Below are positions 14,079 to 28,464 of a stretch of 64,000 bases of DNA, piece by piece. Numbering within the stretch: position 1 is the stretch's first letter; each line of letters starts with the position of its first letter. Location of the stretch: NCBI RefSeq assembly GCF_026571515.1, contig NW_026857759.1, forward strand, positions 1 through 64,000. The letters are read 5' to 3'. The notes below the pieces were generated by a model, which did not search any database, was not told where the DNA came from, and saw nothing but the letters and a program-made list of their open reading frames with translations. A program made the position numbers and the translations under genes. Origin of the DNA: Ruditapes philippinarum. Lineage: Eukaryota.

Positions 14079-15403
14079 TAGAAAGCCTTGTTATTAAACC
14101 ATGTTTTATAACCCCTCATATAATATTTAAAGTAGTATAAAACGCTCAATTGTTCACCAAAACGACATGTAATTTATTATATCAACTGGTAAACTTTTTG
14201 CGTAATCAGCATGAAATATGCCATTTAGAGTTGTTATAAAGAAATATATAATTATGCATAATTTATGTACAATACAAAAACATATACATCAATATAGTGT
14301 ATAACAATGAACATGAAATGTTCAATATGTTTTCATTAATCAATCGAATGACACTAATGAAAAACTAAGGGCAAACAAATAATTAATTTAAAAGTAATTT
14401 ATTAATTATCGTGGACTAACCAGTTCTCAAACCTCTAAGCATTCAAGAGGTCTTTTAGTATAAATAAAAATATATATTTATAAAAATTCTTACATGTAAC
14501 ATATGTACACTTTAATCTTTATGTAACATTTCTGTAAAATTGGACTGAAATTCAGCAATTAAAAAAGCCCTATTTCCGTCTTGAAAAAGCACAACCCTCT
14601 TTTTTAAAACTGACATGGCCTCTTAAAATAAAGAACCTAATCTCAAACCCTTCAAGTATCCCTAAAATTCTACTGTTTAGTTTAGCCAATGAAGTGATTG
14701 TTATATGACTGCAACATGACAATGAAGTACCATACACGATGCAGGTACCTGCTTTGAGATATTTTTGTCTCTAATATTCATTTTCACAAATAGTTTATGG
14801 TGTATTAACGGGACTTACAAAGGTAATAGCAATTTGTATGAAAACACGCTAAGTTATAAAATATGTAATGTAAATATTTGTTTCTATGCACTGTTTTCAT
14901 TTGACATCAGCATACATGTCTGTCACAAACTAAGCTTTTATGCACAAAAGTTCAGGACATCATAGTCACTTCTAGTAAAATAATAACAGCACATGAATGA
15001 AAGGTTTGAGAATAGGTTGGGTGTGAGATTAGGTACTTATACGATAAATTCTAAATATAAATCAATCATTTATTAATCCTAAATTTTTCAGGTTTATGAA
15101 CTTTTTGCATCATTTGTAAAAGCTGGTATGTTAAAGTCTTATAAGAAATAATTACAAATTAATTGAAAAACAAAAGCAACATGATGCACCTAGGGCCATG
15201 TCTGAAATACATTTTGCACAGCATCGGTACTTTAAATGTATCAAAATGGTTTAATAATTTATGCAAAATAAAAGCGAAAATCTTTATTATTCATAACAAG
15301 TAATCGGGCTTTGTAAGGCAAGCATCAGTGAGTCCTTATATATGGACCAATGAAATAATCAAGCGCATTTGGTAACATACTATCATCATTTTGCGTAAGG
15401 CGG

Positions 15404-15421
15404 ATGGATGTAAAGGAGGAG
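15404..15421 (+). CDS. Candidate alternative first micro-exon A (MDVKEE)
   Basis: ATG GAT GTA AAG GAG GAG followed by a GTATGT donor, phase 0. Initiator-like TCAGT at 15325. Paralogous to 22679-22693. Confidence 0.45.
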
Positions 15422-15639
15422 GTATGTAAAATATATTTTGTTATTTTAAATTTGCTAATCACTGCTTGTTTATATTACAAAAATTATAAATGAACACTTG
15501 TTTCTCTTAACATTATTAACATGTTTTTCATTATTTTTATATTTTAGCTTTTGAATTTTTTAAGGCGTACTGGTTAAACATACAATTTATCTTTTTGCAG
15601 ACCATTGCCCACTAAGATGACTTTAATCGCTATTTGACA

Positions 15640-16370
15640 TTCAGAAATGTTTATTTCTGCTGCTTGTTAAATAATGTGCAAGTTTGCTTTCGGGAAGAAC
15701 ATTATTCAATTTACAAACACTGCTTGCACTATTGAATTATTTCATTTTAATTTGATAACCATTGCTTGTGTATTTCTGTTACATAATTTGCAAGTGTGGC
15801 TTTTAGTAAGAAGGGTTTATTTGCAAAGACTGCTTGCATAGTTGTATTCTTTCACTGTTATTTGACAACAATTGTTTGTTTTCTTCTGTTACTAGTATTT
15901 CTTTTACATAGTTTGCAAATTGGCTGTCAAAAAGAAACATTATTCAATTTACAAACACTGCTTGCATTGTTGAATTATTTCTCTTCAATTGGACAACATT
16001 CTTTTCTTTCTGTTATTAGTATTTCTTTTACATAATTTGCAAGTTGGTCTTCAGAAAGAAACATTAAATTATTTACAAACACTGCTTGCCCTATTGAATT
16101 ATTTCATTGTTATTTGATAACCATAATTGTTTGTATATTTACAAATTTTATTTTTGTATTTTGTTTATTTCTGTTACATAATTTACAAGTGTGGCTTTTA
16201 GTAAAAAGGGCTTTTTTGCACAAATGAATTCTATTCACTGTTATTTGACAATTGTATAATTATTTCTGTTACTACTATTTCTTTTGCATAATATGCAAGC
16301 TGGCTTTTAGAAAAAAAAACATATTTGCAAAGACTACCTGCGTATTTGAATTGTTCTTTAAAGCTATTAT
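15640..16370. repeat. Degenerate ~120-bp tandem array, about 6 units
   Basis: ataatttgcaagt.ggc recurs at about 15671, 15783, 15908, 16032, 16178 and 16288. actgcttgc and gaattattt also recur. Confidence 0.85.
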
Positions 16371-19300
16371 TTCGAATTACTATATTGGTTTATACTTATT
16401 ATATTGCTTATTAATTTGAGTAACACTGTTTGCTTACTTACACAAAAGTAATACAATTTTCCTGTAATATTTAAATTTAAAACCGTTTCATTAAAGTTAC
16501 ATTATACTCATTCATGAGTAAACGTAACATTCAAAATAACTTTACAGTTGTTCATATCGTTATCAATTTCATAATAAACGTCACTTGAATAACTAATAAC
16601 CACCGTGCCCAACATAAATATCTTTAAATATCTTTCGAAATTTATCGGTAATATCCGGTTTATAAAAAGAGTGGTGCAGTCTTTTTATATTTAAGGCAGT
16701 TTTAATATCTTATCTTAAATGTTAGTAGTTATTTGTTATTAGAAAAGTCAATATTTTGCAATACATTAGTGTTTTCTTTTTCTCAACTTGATAGTAAAAC
16801 CATAAACATAATGTCACTTTAATCCGTAAACGAGCGTTTATTTATTTAAAACCAATCTGATTATAATGTGACGTTTTGTTATACACATGTACCAATTTTT
16901 TTCTTTTACTTGAGTGGCTTTTATGCATTTTTGGTTTAGGACTTTTTCCTAAGATTGTATGTTAATTTCACGTTCAATGCTACATATTTACTTATTTTTT
17001 TAAACCTTTTGCTCATTATGTTTCTTTATGCTTCTTCAAGTGAACAAACGACTAATATTTTTTAAATAAAAAATTATTTTATTTGAGCATTTTGCCTATA
17101 TGAATTTTTTCTAAAACGTAGAAAAGTTTTGACCCTTACAAATAGCTTTCTATTTTAATATTTATCTTGATCTTAACAAGTTTATGATGTAATAAATAAA
17201 GCCAACAAATAAATTTGCAACATAATTATTAAAATATTTGCTAGATTTTACCTTTATTTCAGTTGCATTTGTTTTTTCAATAACTATTACAATAAACTTT
17301 CAAGCAACACTTAGAAAGAACTATTTTCGTTGTTGCTTGAAGGTATTGCTAAAGTGATATTAAATTTATTTTGAATTCTTATTTTTAGAAGTTAGGTTGC
17401 CGTTGTCAATATGTATTTGCTCTATAAAGGACCGTTATACAAATGTTGCACATTAAGTTTTTTAGACGTTAAAAGTTGATAATGTTTTGTACAGAATAGT
17501 GACAAAACTTATGTTAAATAGCAGCTTTCGGGTTTATGTTTAGTTTAATATTGACTTTGATTAGTTTGAGCTGAATTAATAAATATACTATTTATTCTAG
17601 TTATAAGGAACAGGAATTAAACAGTATTGATTCATTCTTACTTAGATCACTGTAAATAATTTTGGTCTACTTATTTAATCATAATGCTTGAAATGATGTT
17701 ATCCATATATGTTTGGTCCATTCATTATGTCAAAAAAATGATACATAGCCTTAAGTTTATGCAGTGTTGTATATAGCACTAACATTCGTCTTTCAAAATT
17801 CCATTTTATTTAGTTTCGCCCCTTGTTTTCTTGTTCAGGGCATGCACTTTCTTTTATTTGCGGACCATACGCCTCTTTTCATGGAATGACACTTTTCATT
17901 GAAAGTCCCAAGATGACCGTCGTATGAACACATGTGCGGATGATTCTAAAATCAAAATGTTAGCATTACCATGTTTAAATGTTGAATTCTGCTTAAGCGG
18001 TGCTAGAGTACAGGGACAATAGCTTGCACTTCCAGTACTGTCAAAACGACCCTGCAACATTTTTAATTTCGCCGTTTTGGGCATTCTTTAATAATTTTAT
18101 TTTTCTTCATTTTTAAAGTATACAGAGCGCCCCTTTGGATAGAAAATCCTTTTTCCAGTAAGAATAATTACTCAACCCGAAGTAAGACTTTATTATATTT
18201 TTAACACTCTACAGCAACTTGTCTAAGCAAGAACTAAACTCTCTATCTCACAACGGTGTTGCTATATCGAGGTTTAACTGTATTACAGCATTCAATTTCT
18301 GTTTCATCATTCTTCTACTGTATCTTTTATCTATTACATAATATTTTATATAACACAGCCCGTATTTTATAAGTATTTCACATTGAAACATGAAACTGCT
18401 CTTTTTATGTATTTCAGTCATTATTCCGTACGCTTTATTAAAGTCATTAAAAGCTAAAAATGTATTATATTATGTCTCATTTCACTGAACTAGATTCTTT
18501 ATAACTGATTATTTATGCCTTTTAGTCTCGTTAAAATCTTAAAATACCAAAAACATCGCGCTGGGGCAATAACCTAGATAACCGAGGCAGGGTAGAAAAA
18601 ATGTCATAGTCATACAAAATGTTTGCCGTTCTCATAAAGGGTATTACAATAAGTACAGTTTGAGATGGATTCCCTAGGAAACAAAATTATGCAAAGCTCA
18701 TCCAATGTCTTTGTCACTATCAAAGGGCGTTTTATCTAGTGCAATTTCTTATTTCTTTAAACGCAATAAAATCATACGTTTTACTGTCTGCTTGCAATGA
18801 TAAAATGATCTACAAAACCTTGAAAATAACAAAGTAATGATATTTAAGATGGTTTAAGCTAAAGCATGAGGTTGTTTTACTTAAAGATAAAAACTATGAA
18901 TTAATAAAAAGCTATTTCAAGTGGTAAAATATTTAAAATAAAACGCAATTTATGTCATTGAAAATGATTGCCTCCTAAGAAATTGTTAGTGTGTTATTTT
19001 ATTTATTTATTTATTTATTTAATTTTTTTATTTATCAACGAGAAGTTGGCAGCAAAACATTTGTGTTTGTTATAAAGAAGCAGCTATGCAATTTTGATAT
19101 ATTATATTAAGTATATTTGACTTTTAAAGTTTTTATTAGGTTATTTAATCAGACATGATGAGACGAATATCTTTTTAAGCGATACAGTAAGTGTACAGGT
19201 GTACCTTTATATTTCAAAATGAAAATTTCATTTCATTAATCTAGAGGGATTTAAAAAGTTTTTACCAAAAATATAATAATTGATTGTAGTTTATTTTAAC

Positions 19301-20347
19301 AGAATATATAGAAAAAAGGTCAACCAATCTGTTGTTAAAAAAACTCATCTAAAAGAAAAGAAAGGGTATTTATTTTTCGTTTTTAGTACACATTCCTACT
19401 CATTTTTTTAACATTAATTTTATCAACCTGACATACATTGAAATCGAATCCCAATGTGAAAGGAACTTAAAATTTTGAAAGAAAAATAAGCGATTAGTGA
19501 ACACATATGATTTGGAGTAACTCAACACTTTCTGGAAAACAACAAAAACAACAACAAAAACATGTTCTTCTTGAATTGGGTAATGCTACTGATTCGGCAT
19601 CAGTATCAAAAGGAGTCTTGAAAATCTAAATTATAAAGATAATAAAATAATTATCGAAAAAGAATGATGTTTATTTCCAACAACCTTTTACTTTTATCTA
19701 ATGAACTACCATCTGTAATTGTATAATCCTAAACTATATTTCGGAGATGAAAAGATTTTAGATGTTTACACTTTAAAAGTAAGCGACACAATGTCTGACT
19801 TCTTCAAAATTATCTTAACCTGCCGAATTATAATATGTTTGAAGTATTTCTTAACTGTATTGTGTTCTGTGTCGAATAAATAAACACATGTATAGGTTCA
19901 TTGTTTTGTGAAAACATGATAAATGATTTTTTTTCTTTTCTTTTTTTTTAATGTCAGAAATTCAGAAGTTTCCATGTGTACAGTGTAAATTATTTAGCTT
20001 TGACTGATAAACGATCTTTGAATCATCACTTTATACAAGCTTTATACAAGACGGACTATTTCTATGTAGATAGATCCTCTGTCCAGAAAAGTGAATGAAC
20101 ATTTGAAGTATGCTGTGAGAACATTTTTTTACTATAATCATACATTCTTGAGAAACAATTGATAATCTACCCCGGCATCTGCTGCAAATTTACCTCTCTT
20201 TACAGATGCTGGCTTTTTTTGTTGTTGTTGTTTTTTGTTTTGTTTTTTTGAGGGGGGGGGGGGTTGCCTAGCGACTCAAGTAATCTATGCAAAACAACCT
20301 ACATAATTATACAAGTAGTTTTCATTTACTTATTTATAATACAACAA

Positions 20348-20992
20348 TAAGAGATTAATACACGGCAGAGTAGGGCCGGAAGATGATAATCGGCCCGCAA
20401 AATGAATAATGGCCCGAAGGCTTCAGCCCGAGGGCATTATTCATTTCTGGGCCGATTATCACCTTCCGGCCCTACTCTGACGTGTATTAATGTCTTTAAT
20501 ACACTTGATCTAATAGAATCTAGTAGCATTAAAAAAACAAAAACAAAAAACAACAACAACAACAAATACTTTGAAGTTCTTTCGTTGAAATTCTTGTCTA
20601 CACTTCTACTGTTCTGTACAGAGATGTTTACTGTTTGTGTGTTCAAAGCAGTAGAATCTAGAAGCAAGTTTTATTTTCATTTTTTTTTTGGAATGAATTC
20701 GTCGTATTATTTCGTAAAAAATGTGTTTGTACCTAAATACGATTGAGCTCTCATAATAAAATTAAAGCGATTCGTGCTGACAACCTACTTTCACTTTTAC
20801 AGTTAACTGTTTGATGACGTAAAATATGACGTCATTGTTTCAGTTTGTGCACGTGCACATGTTCTGCAGGCTGATAACTAGTTCTCGGCCCCGGGCCGCA
20901 AACTCATAATAGGTCACGTGACACTCATAATCAGTTGAAATCATAAGCAATTTTGTTTCTATATTTAGTAACAAGTGTATTAAATATCCTTA
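20348..20992. mobile_element. Hairpin-headed non-autonomous element with two inverted-repeat pairs (possibly Crypton-like)
   Basis: A hairpin with ~70-bp arms at 20348-20498. A second inverted pair follows: tttaatacacttg (20495) and caagtgtattaaa (20972). Internal TGACGTCA at 20827. Confidence 0.75.
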
Positions 20993-22431
20993 TTTTTAGA
21001 TAAAAAAAAATAATTAATTAATTCATACATTGATTGCATTCGTGTCTATAATGTACATTGTAATATATAAATGTCCCGAGCCATGCAATTATGTTCTACA
21101 ATGCACTGAAACTTTTTGTGTACAAATATCACTAAATAAGGGCTTATGTTAATGGAAGGTCCCACTCCAAGGTCAGGAGGGCCGTTGCAGTATATAACTT
21201 AGACCGCACGTTGGAAAGTTTAGAGCCGCTCCTTAATGTCAGCTGTGTCTCTTAAGTAACAGCGTCAGAAGGGGTCCATGCAAACCGTGTCTTAAACATT
21301 TTCCTTTCCATTTGCCTTCCACTTTTACTGTTTTATTATATTAGTACAAATGTGTAATGATTTTTCACTATGTAAAAGTCATGTCCCAATACTTGTCTCT
21401 TATAAAATCGTGTAGAGCCACACTTTCCAAACTTTTAGAAAATACATCAGTATAATTTGTTTCGCCGACCTACAACGACCCACATAACGACCTAGTTGTC
21501 GTCGGCTGATTTCATATTAATTTTTCTTTCCATGCCAAACGTTCATTCCTGTGATAAAAAGCGTTTACTGATGGCTGACATTGATAACATTTTAAGATAA
21601 TATAAGCCCTATTGCACACATTCTGTGTCGCATGCTCGTAATTTGATCAGGTTATCCATGGTAAACATGTAAACTACTTATTTTCATCAAATGGCGAAAT
21701 AATTGAAAAAAAAAACCTACCATTTATTGGTAAAAAAAACATCGGTAAGAAATGCTTAAGTAATCTTGGGACAATTTTTAAAGCCATTACCAATAATAAG
21801 AAAGACTTTATAAGACAGCATAAGTAGGTCGTAACATATGAGTTTATCCAGATTTGTTCCTCCTTTTTGTTTGGATATTGGTCACCCGAAAGAAATTGAT
21901 ATTACCGAGCCAGACGGGTAATATACACAATAAATTTCCCCGTTAGGTACTCCAAGTTGTAAAAAACATGCGCTGTGGCGATGCGCGTACAGCTTGATTT
22001 TACGCGATTTACAAGCACTTTTTAACTGTGAAATGATAAATATTTACCAATATAGAGTAATGATACATATTCTCATCAGAATTGAAAACAAATATGACCT
22101 TGTGAAAGCTTGATATTCCAAAAAAGTGCGTTCAACAGACTACTCCTTTTCTCTCGTTTACATTCGTTAGGTTCGAAAGAAAATACGTCATGTATTTATG
22201 TGACGTCATGTTGTGGTGAAGGGGTACCCTAAAGGAATCTTATTTCAACGTTTCATTTAAGGTAGCGATGATTTATATTAAAATTGTCTTAACTCGGCAG
22301 GGAAGGGTAATAAAATTATTATTTTGGTTTTGGAGTGATATATATTACCTGTCAAGATTTTATATCACCCGAGCCGTTATAAGACAGCATAAGTAGGTCG
22401 TAACATATGAGTATATACAAGGCAATCAAAT

Positions 22432-22648
22432 GAGCCGCGTCACGACAAAACCAACATAATGGGTTTGCGACCAGCGTGGATCCAGACCAGCCTGCGCATC
22501 CGCGCAGTCTGATCAGGATCCATGCTGTTCGCTTACAAACCCTATAACAAGTAGAGAAACTGATAGCGAACAGCATGGATCCTGATAAGATTGCACGGAT
22601 CCATGCTGGTCGCAAATGTATTATGTTGGTTTTGTCGTGACGCGGCTC
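22432..22648. mobile_element. Foldback MITE (Sola-like), copy 1
   Basis: GAGCCGCGTCACGACAAAACCAAC...GTTGGTTTTGTCGTGACGCGGCTC long terminal inverted repeats, with an AAAT 4-bp target duplication on both sides. Confidence 0.9.
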
Positions 22649-22678
22649 AAATGAATTCCATCATTTTGTGTAAGGCAG

Positions 22679-22693
22679 ATGGATGTGAAGGAG
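22679..22693 (+). CDS. Candidate alternative first micro-exon B (MDVKE)
   Basis: ATG GAT GTG AAG GAG followed by a GTTTGT donor, phase 0. Differs from exon A by one synonymous change and one whole-codon indel. Confidence 0.4.
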
Positions 22694-23555
22694 GTTTGTC
22701 AACTTTTATATTTTGTTTGAATGTTAAGTTTACTGCTCATCTTCTAAATAATCATGTTTTAGGACTGTGTATAGGAAAATGATATAAAAGTTTGACATTG
22801 TTATCGATTTCTTTTTATGATATTTCACTTTAAAAATTACTTAATTAGTCTGATTCCCGAAATTATGTCCAATTACTAAAAAGTGTATTACAGATTTAAG
22901 ACACATGGTTTTAATTAAAATATAAAAGTATATCAACTGCTTTGAAATATATATATATTTTTAAAATAATTTTACTGTGGAATTATCACTTATTTATGAA
23001 TGTTTTACTTCTGAATTAATGACAGAAAATTCAAAAACTCAAAAGTAATATTTTCGTTGCAATTCTTTTTTTTTCAATGGTCATTTTTTTCTTGAAAATA
23101 AAATGGAACATCGGTATATTTACTGTTCGTGAAATACAGACTATTTCAATAGAACACGATATGATACTTTAAGATATAAAAAAATCTTGTCTTCCATTAT
23201 AACCTCGTTTAAACAGATGTCGTTTATCCGCATTTAATGGTGAATGGAATCCATAACTTGTTTACGCTCGTAAAATAAGTAATACATATGCATCATATTG
23301 CACGATTTTTTCCGCAAGGTATAACTCTTATTTCAGATGCATAAGAAATGGTATTAAAATCAGTACAATCATTATTCTAGGGAGTCTAAATAAGGATGAA
23401 ATTCAAATGCCCTATAAAATTCAATACAATTTTGTGATCCTAACGAACATTTTCGGTTTTCAACACATGATAGTTTATAACTTTTTATGTATATTTAGAA
23501 TATTGCGCTAATTAAGATATTCGGCAATAGCATTTTAGTGAATTTATTAGAATAA

Positions 23556-23845
23556 ATAAAGTGGGTGATATAACAAAATGTTCATTCCAGACAAATGATA
23601 TTTGGCATTATCTTGTCATTTATTTTATCACTCTATTATATTTATTATACCGACAAAATTAATATTTAAGATAAAAATCTCCAACTTGAACTAAAACCAA
23701 ACACCCGATAAGCGCAGGATTGCCGTACAGTAATATCAGCCGGCAGAAACGTGATGTTGCCATGCCATGTGACAATTACCGCTTGTTAACCTCTGACGTC
23801 ACATGAGGTTATAAAGAAAATTAATAATGTTAGGTATAACAAAAT
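23556..23845. mobile_element. Degenerate hairpin-headed element
   Basis: gtgatataacaaaatg / catttattttatcac arms, then ttataccgaca / tgttaggtataa as a second pair. TGACGTCA at 23794. Confidence 0.45.
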
Positions 23846-26800
23846 ACCTTACATTTATTACTTTCTTTTTTAATAACAATATGTGCAGGGGGGAACATTT
23901 AAACGATTAAATGACTTGCGTTTATAATAAAATACATAAAATGTAGAACGGTATATTTTCAAAATCTCGTCAGCGTATAATACCTAGAGTAGGCCTCGTT
24001 ATGAGGATACCCCCTCCCTCGTCATATTCATCTGATCCTTTGAAACACCTGTCCTTATCTACAGATTGAACTATAATATCAGCATGTCTTCAGCTTTCAG
24101 TTTAATAACAATGTCAAAAGTATTATCATTCTCGCCCCCTTTTTTGACTTTTGAAATGTATACGGGTTTAGTTCACTGATACTTAATTTGTTCGGACATT
24201 TTATAACTTGTTCTAAAAAGAAACCCTTACGGCGTAAATAAATTGTTCTAAATTCAAAATGATTATGATGATCAATGATAGTAAAGACAAATTGGCTTTT
24301 CTTGTTGTTTAATTGTGTTGTTTTGCAGCTTTTCCTTTGTTTATTTGTGTGTCTGTTTGGTTGCTGGTTTTGTTTATTTTGTTGCTGTTGTTGTTATTCT
24401 CTGTGTGTGTTTTTCTTTCTTGTAGCTGTTCAACTTCACATAAGTTATAAATAAATATTGCTTTTATAAATCCATTAAAGGTATAAAATATGCCGCTCAA
24501 TTGCAATGCTTCGTACACAGCTCTTGATTAAACTATTAAGTAAATTTTTCTCCGCTATTCTTCATTCATGTTGCTTTGTTATGATAAAATGAATTATATA
24601 TTTTTTATTCGGCCAGCGATTTATCGCTAGTCCATAGAAACCGGTTTTGCGAAATCTTGCAGTCTACTATCTCTGTCGTTTCCAAGACAACCTGCCGTAA
24701 TCCTAAGCTCATTCATGTCAGCATACGCTTTTGCAGATACATGTTGTTCCTTCTTTTACAAAACTTCTACTACGCATCACCAATCTACGCTTTGTTACTG
24801 TACTGATCAGGGGAAGTTAACTCTGCAGGGAGTATGCTTTTCTAGTGCTCGCTATGGAATTTCATTGGTATTGAAGTGACATTTTTGTAATGTGTTACGT
24901 CCTAATCTTTTAAAACCATGAACTTTCCACATAAATTGTTGAACTAAATTGATAATGTTTAGTCTTGGTATTAATGTACTCAGTCTTATTATTAAATAGA
25001 ACGCAAAACCTAAAAAGATGAAGGGATGATAATTGAGACACTGTCATTTGAATGATCGACTTTTATCCCACAATTCCTTTCATTTAAAGCAGTGTAAAAT
25101 GTGCTTCATTGCAAATGTGCATATCTCAATTAGAGGGAATTTGTAACAGATTTAGCACTATAGATTTGAAGGTTAAAACAAATCATTTTATCTTGGTGAC
25201 AGGAAATTCAGAACTAAAATATGACCATATAAAATAGAGAGAAAAAAGAATCCCAAAAGAAATCCAAAAACAACAAAATTGAAAATGTTACAGGCTCGGT
25301 TTGATGGACTGTACATGAAAGTGCAAGTTACCGCCCGCGCCCCCGTAGAACCGGCTTAAAGAGCATTCAACATTTAAACATGAAATGGTAAAGTTTTGAA
25401 TTTAGAAACATCCGCAGATGAGTTCATACGCCGGTTATCATGGAACCTTCAATGTGACACTAAACTTGAAAAGTGAATGCTGGATATTTCAGTTATGGAC
25501 ATTTCACTTCTTTTGCGGTAATAAAACAATTAACATTAGTTGCAAGTTTGTTTCAAAAATAGACAAACATTGCTTTATTTGAATCATATGCTTGAGATTT
25601 ATCTAAGGGGTTGTTCAATTGAGGGTTACTATCTTTTTCGTGCACTTACAACACGCATCTGTTGTCCGAACAATCAGGGCGAGGGATTAAAATAGTCCGT
25701 GTATGCATCTTATTTAGGTTTGAATAATTATGTATGTTGACATAAATATGTTTAGCCAGGTGAGTGGGTCATGCGGTAACAGTCACATGTGTCACACTGC
25801 TTGTTCAATGGTAACCGCCGTATTAATACATCTTATTATAGGATGTTTCTAAATTCAAAACTTTAAAGTCTTAAGTTGATTATTATGCTTAAGCTACGGG
25901 CGGGACAGTAGCTTGCACTACCAATAACGTCCATAACAAGACTCAATCAAACCGAACCTACAACATTTTCAAAGTTGTCGTTTATCGGTTCTGGTTTCAT
26001 CTCTTGCAGTTCATAACTATTTTATACATGTTTATAGAGAATAGTTATCCAGGGCCGAAAATTTATACGTGACAATTTATCTCAGACATTGAGTCTAATG
26101 TTGTTTTGTCTCTCGCCTTTCAAAATTGGTATTGTCTGAGATACATTTGTTAAGTTTTTACAAGATATCTTAAAGAGACAATTTAGTCTGATAAGTTTAG
26201 TATAAATGTACCTATGATAGTCAGTGCAAATCTGTCGACATGGTATAACCTACTTAACTTTTTTAACCCAGTTACCTACAATATCTACAAAAGGGGTACC
26301 GCTATAAAGTGCCGCATCACCATCCACAAAACGTGATAATAGCCATTAAATTGAAACATAAAGCGGACAAAAGTCTTCTAATATAATATAATTTATATTA
26401 CGGGTAAAAAATCCGCGATACACGTCCTTCGTAAAATTCCTTACGCACGAACGTAATTTAATTCAGATAAAGATCATTTTAACCAAACATGAAACTCCAG
26501 TAGTGAGAGAATGTGCACATAGTTTTCACGAGGATTTATTTATATATATTCAAGGTGGACGGGTTTTTATGTAAATTTATTTTACTGCTTCAGCCCTTTT
26601 ATTTGTTGTCGTAAAACTAGTTAATAGCTTAAGAGAGTATTTGACAATAAAATATTTACTATGTATAGATTAAGGATAAATATTAAAGAATGACTAAAAC
26701 CTTTTCTTTGATTATTTGATTGTTTTAGTTTTGTATTTTTCATTTTCTCTTCTTTTGTTTTGTTTATTTTTTGTTCTTTTGAGTTCATTTGTTATTGCAG

Positions 26801-27419
26801 ATGTCGATATTGTTGTTTTGAAATTATCTTATCCTAATGATTTTTCTATTAATATTCTTAATTGTTTTACTTTCCATATATGCACACCGTTTATGTAAAC
26901 ACTAATACTGCCATGTTGAAATATTGAGAAACTTCTCTTACGTTATTCATTTACAAAATTGATGACTAAAATTTTATAATATTCAATGAAAGTCCACCTT
27001 GAGGGTGGGGGGGTGTCTGTATTTACCGTATGTAATTATTTTCTAAGAGTACATATCCTTGACCTTCTTTAACAGTCGATGTTTGTAAATAACATAGATT
27101 CATGTAATTCATACGAATTTTTGACATCAGTTGACCCCATAAACGAAAATGGTAATATCTTATAATCCCAAAGGTTAGCTTTAATCTTAGAGTTATTGCT
27201 GTTTTATTTCTCATAGGCTTTGAGATTATATTAAGAAAAATGAGCAAATTTGATTATTTCGATCGATTTGCTTCACCATATCAACTTGCTGAAAAGTGAC
27301 AAAACATCCGTCCTTTATCTGTGTGAAAATGTGAAAACGATTTCATAATATTTAATTTGATGAAAGTTTTTTGATTTGTCTACGTCAATAGTTAATTTTT
27401 GTTTGTAAATTTTCATTGG

Positions 27420-27573
27420 TACTCAACTGATAAATTCAGTATATGCACGGACGAATGACCGTAGAAAAGATTTCATGATCAATCACAGCGAAAGTGACCT
27501 GCACCTTCCAGGAATCGAACCCGGGTCCCCCGATTTACAGTCCAGCACGATCTATTGAGCTATCCGGACGGCT
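27420..27573 (-). mobile_element. tRNA-derived SINE, probably Meta-domain type, 3' truncated
   Basis: Minus-strand head with GGTTCGATTCC B-box, followed by gattgatcatgaaatcttttctacggtcattcgtcc. Confidence 0.7.
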
Positions 27574-27745
27574 TGGTCAATAAATTTCATCTTCATATCA
27601 CCTATATATTAGTATCTAAATATGCTTCGCATAAAAGAACCAGCTTTTATGCGAAAAAATAGTTCTTAAATATCTTGATTAATAGAAACAACAAAAATAA
27701 CTTGTTTTCAACATTTCTACGAAGACGATTTACATCATTAAATTT

Positions 27746-27980
27746 GAGCCGCGTCACGACAAACCCAACATAATGCGTTTGCGACCAGCATGGATCCAGA
27801 CCAGCCTGTGCATCCGCGCAGTCTGATCAGGATTCATGCTGGTCGCTATCAGTTTCTCTACTTGTAATAGTATTTGTAAGCGAACAGCATGGATCCTGAT
27901 CAGACTGCGCGGATGCGCAGGCTTGTCTGGATCCATGCTGGTCGCAAACGCATTACGTTGGTTTTGTCATGACGCGGCTC
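27746..27980. mobile_element. Foldback MITE (Sola-like), copy 2, full length (235 bp)
   Basis: Arms of about 100 bp form an inverted repeat, ATTT target duplication, core oriented opposite to copy 1. Confidence 0.92.
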
Positions 27981-28464
27981 ATTTTATTTTTGGATGGATG
28001 AAGTATGAGCTTCCTCAATAATTTATTAAATATGCAAGGAAATATATCTGTTCAAAGTTATATATTAGATTATCGTAAACACGCCGAAAACAAATGATCA
28101 ATGAGATAAGTGTTTTAAAACGTTTTACATGTATATATCCGTGTTTGATCCAATTTAAATTTTTATCATGCCCGACTATTTCTGTCTCGATTTTGTTCTT
28201 TACAATGAAATTTATCGTAAGAGAAAAGTAAGTGCACGAACTCTTTAATTATATAAGAAAAGAACAATATTATTTGTTTATATGAGAAAATTACATTAAA
28301 ATAAAGAAAAACGAATACTTAAAGAACGCCCAAAATGACGAATGTGGCGAGCTATGTTTGATTGAGTATGTTCATAGACGGTACTTGAAAGTGTATGTTG
28401 CCGTCTAAGCCCCCTGTCACCGGTTATAAGTAGAATGCAATATTTATAGTTTATCTTAAAAGTG

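Noticed and set aside
27994-28008. Further possible phase-0 micro-exons: MDE|gtatga here, ATG|gtaagt at 2266, MYLK|gtacac at 31635
   Set aside because: Such patterns are expected by chance in 64 kb of AT-rich DNA and lack paralog support. Worth checking only if RNA-seq confirms exons A and B.
22352-28021. ORFs containing RTAWILIRLRGCAG
   Set aside because: Translations of the palindromic MITE.
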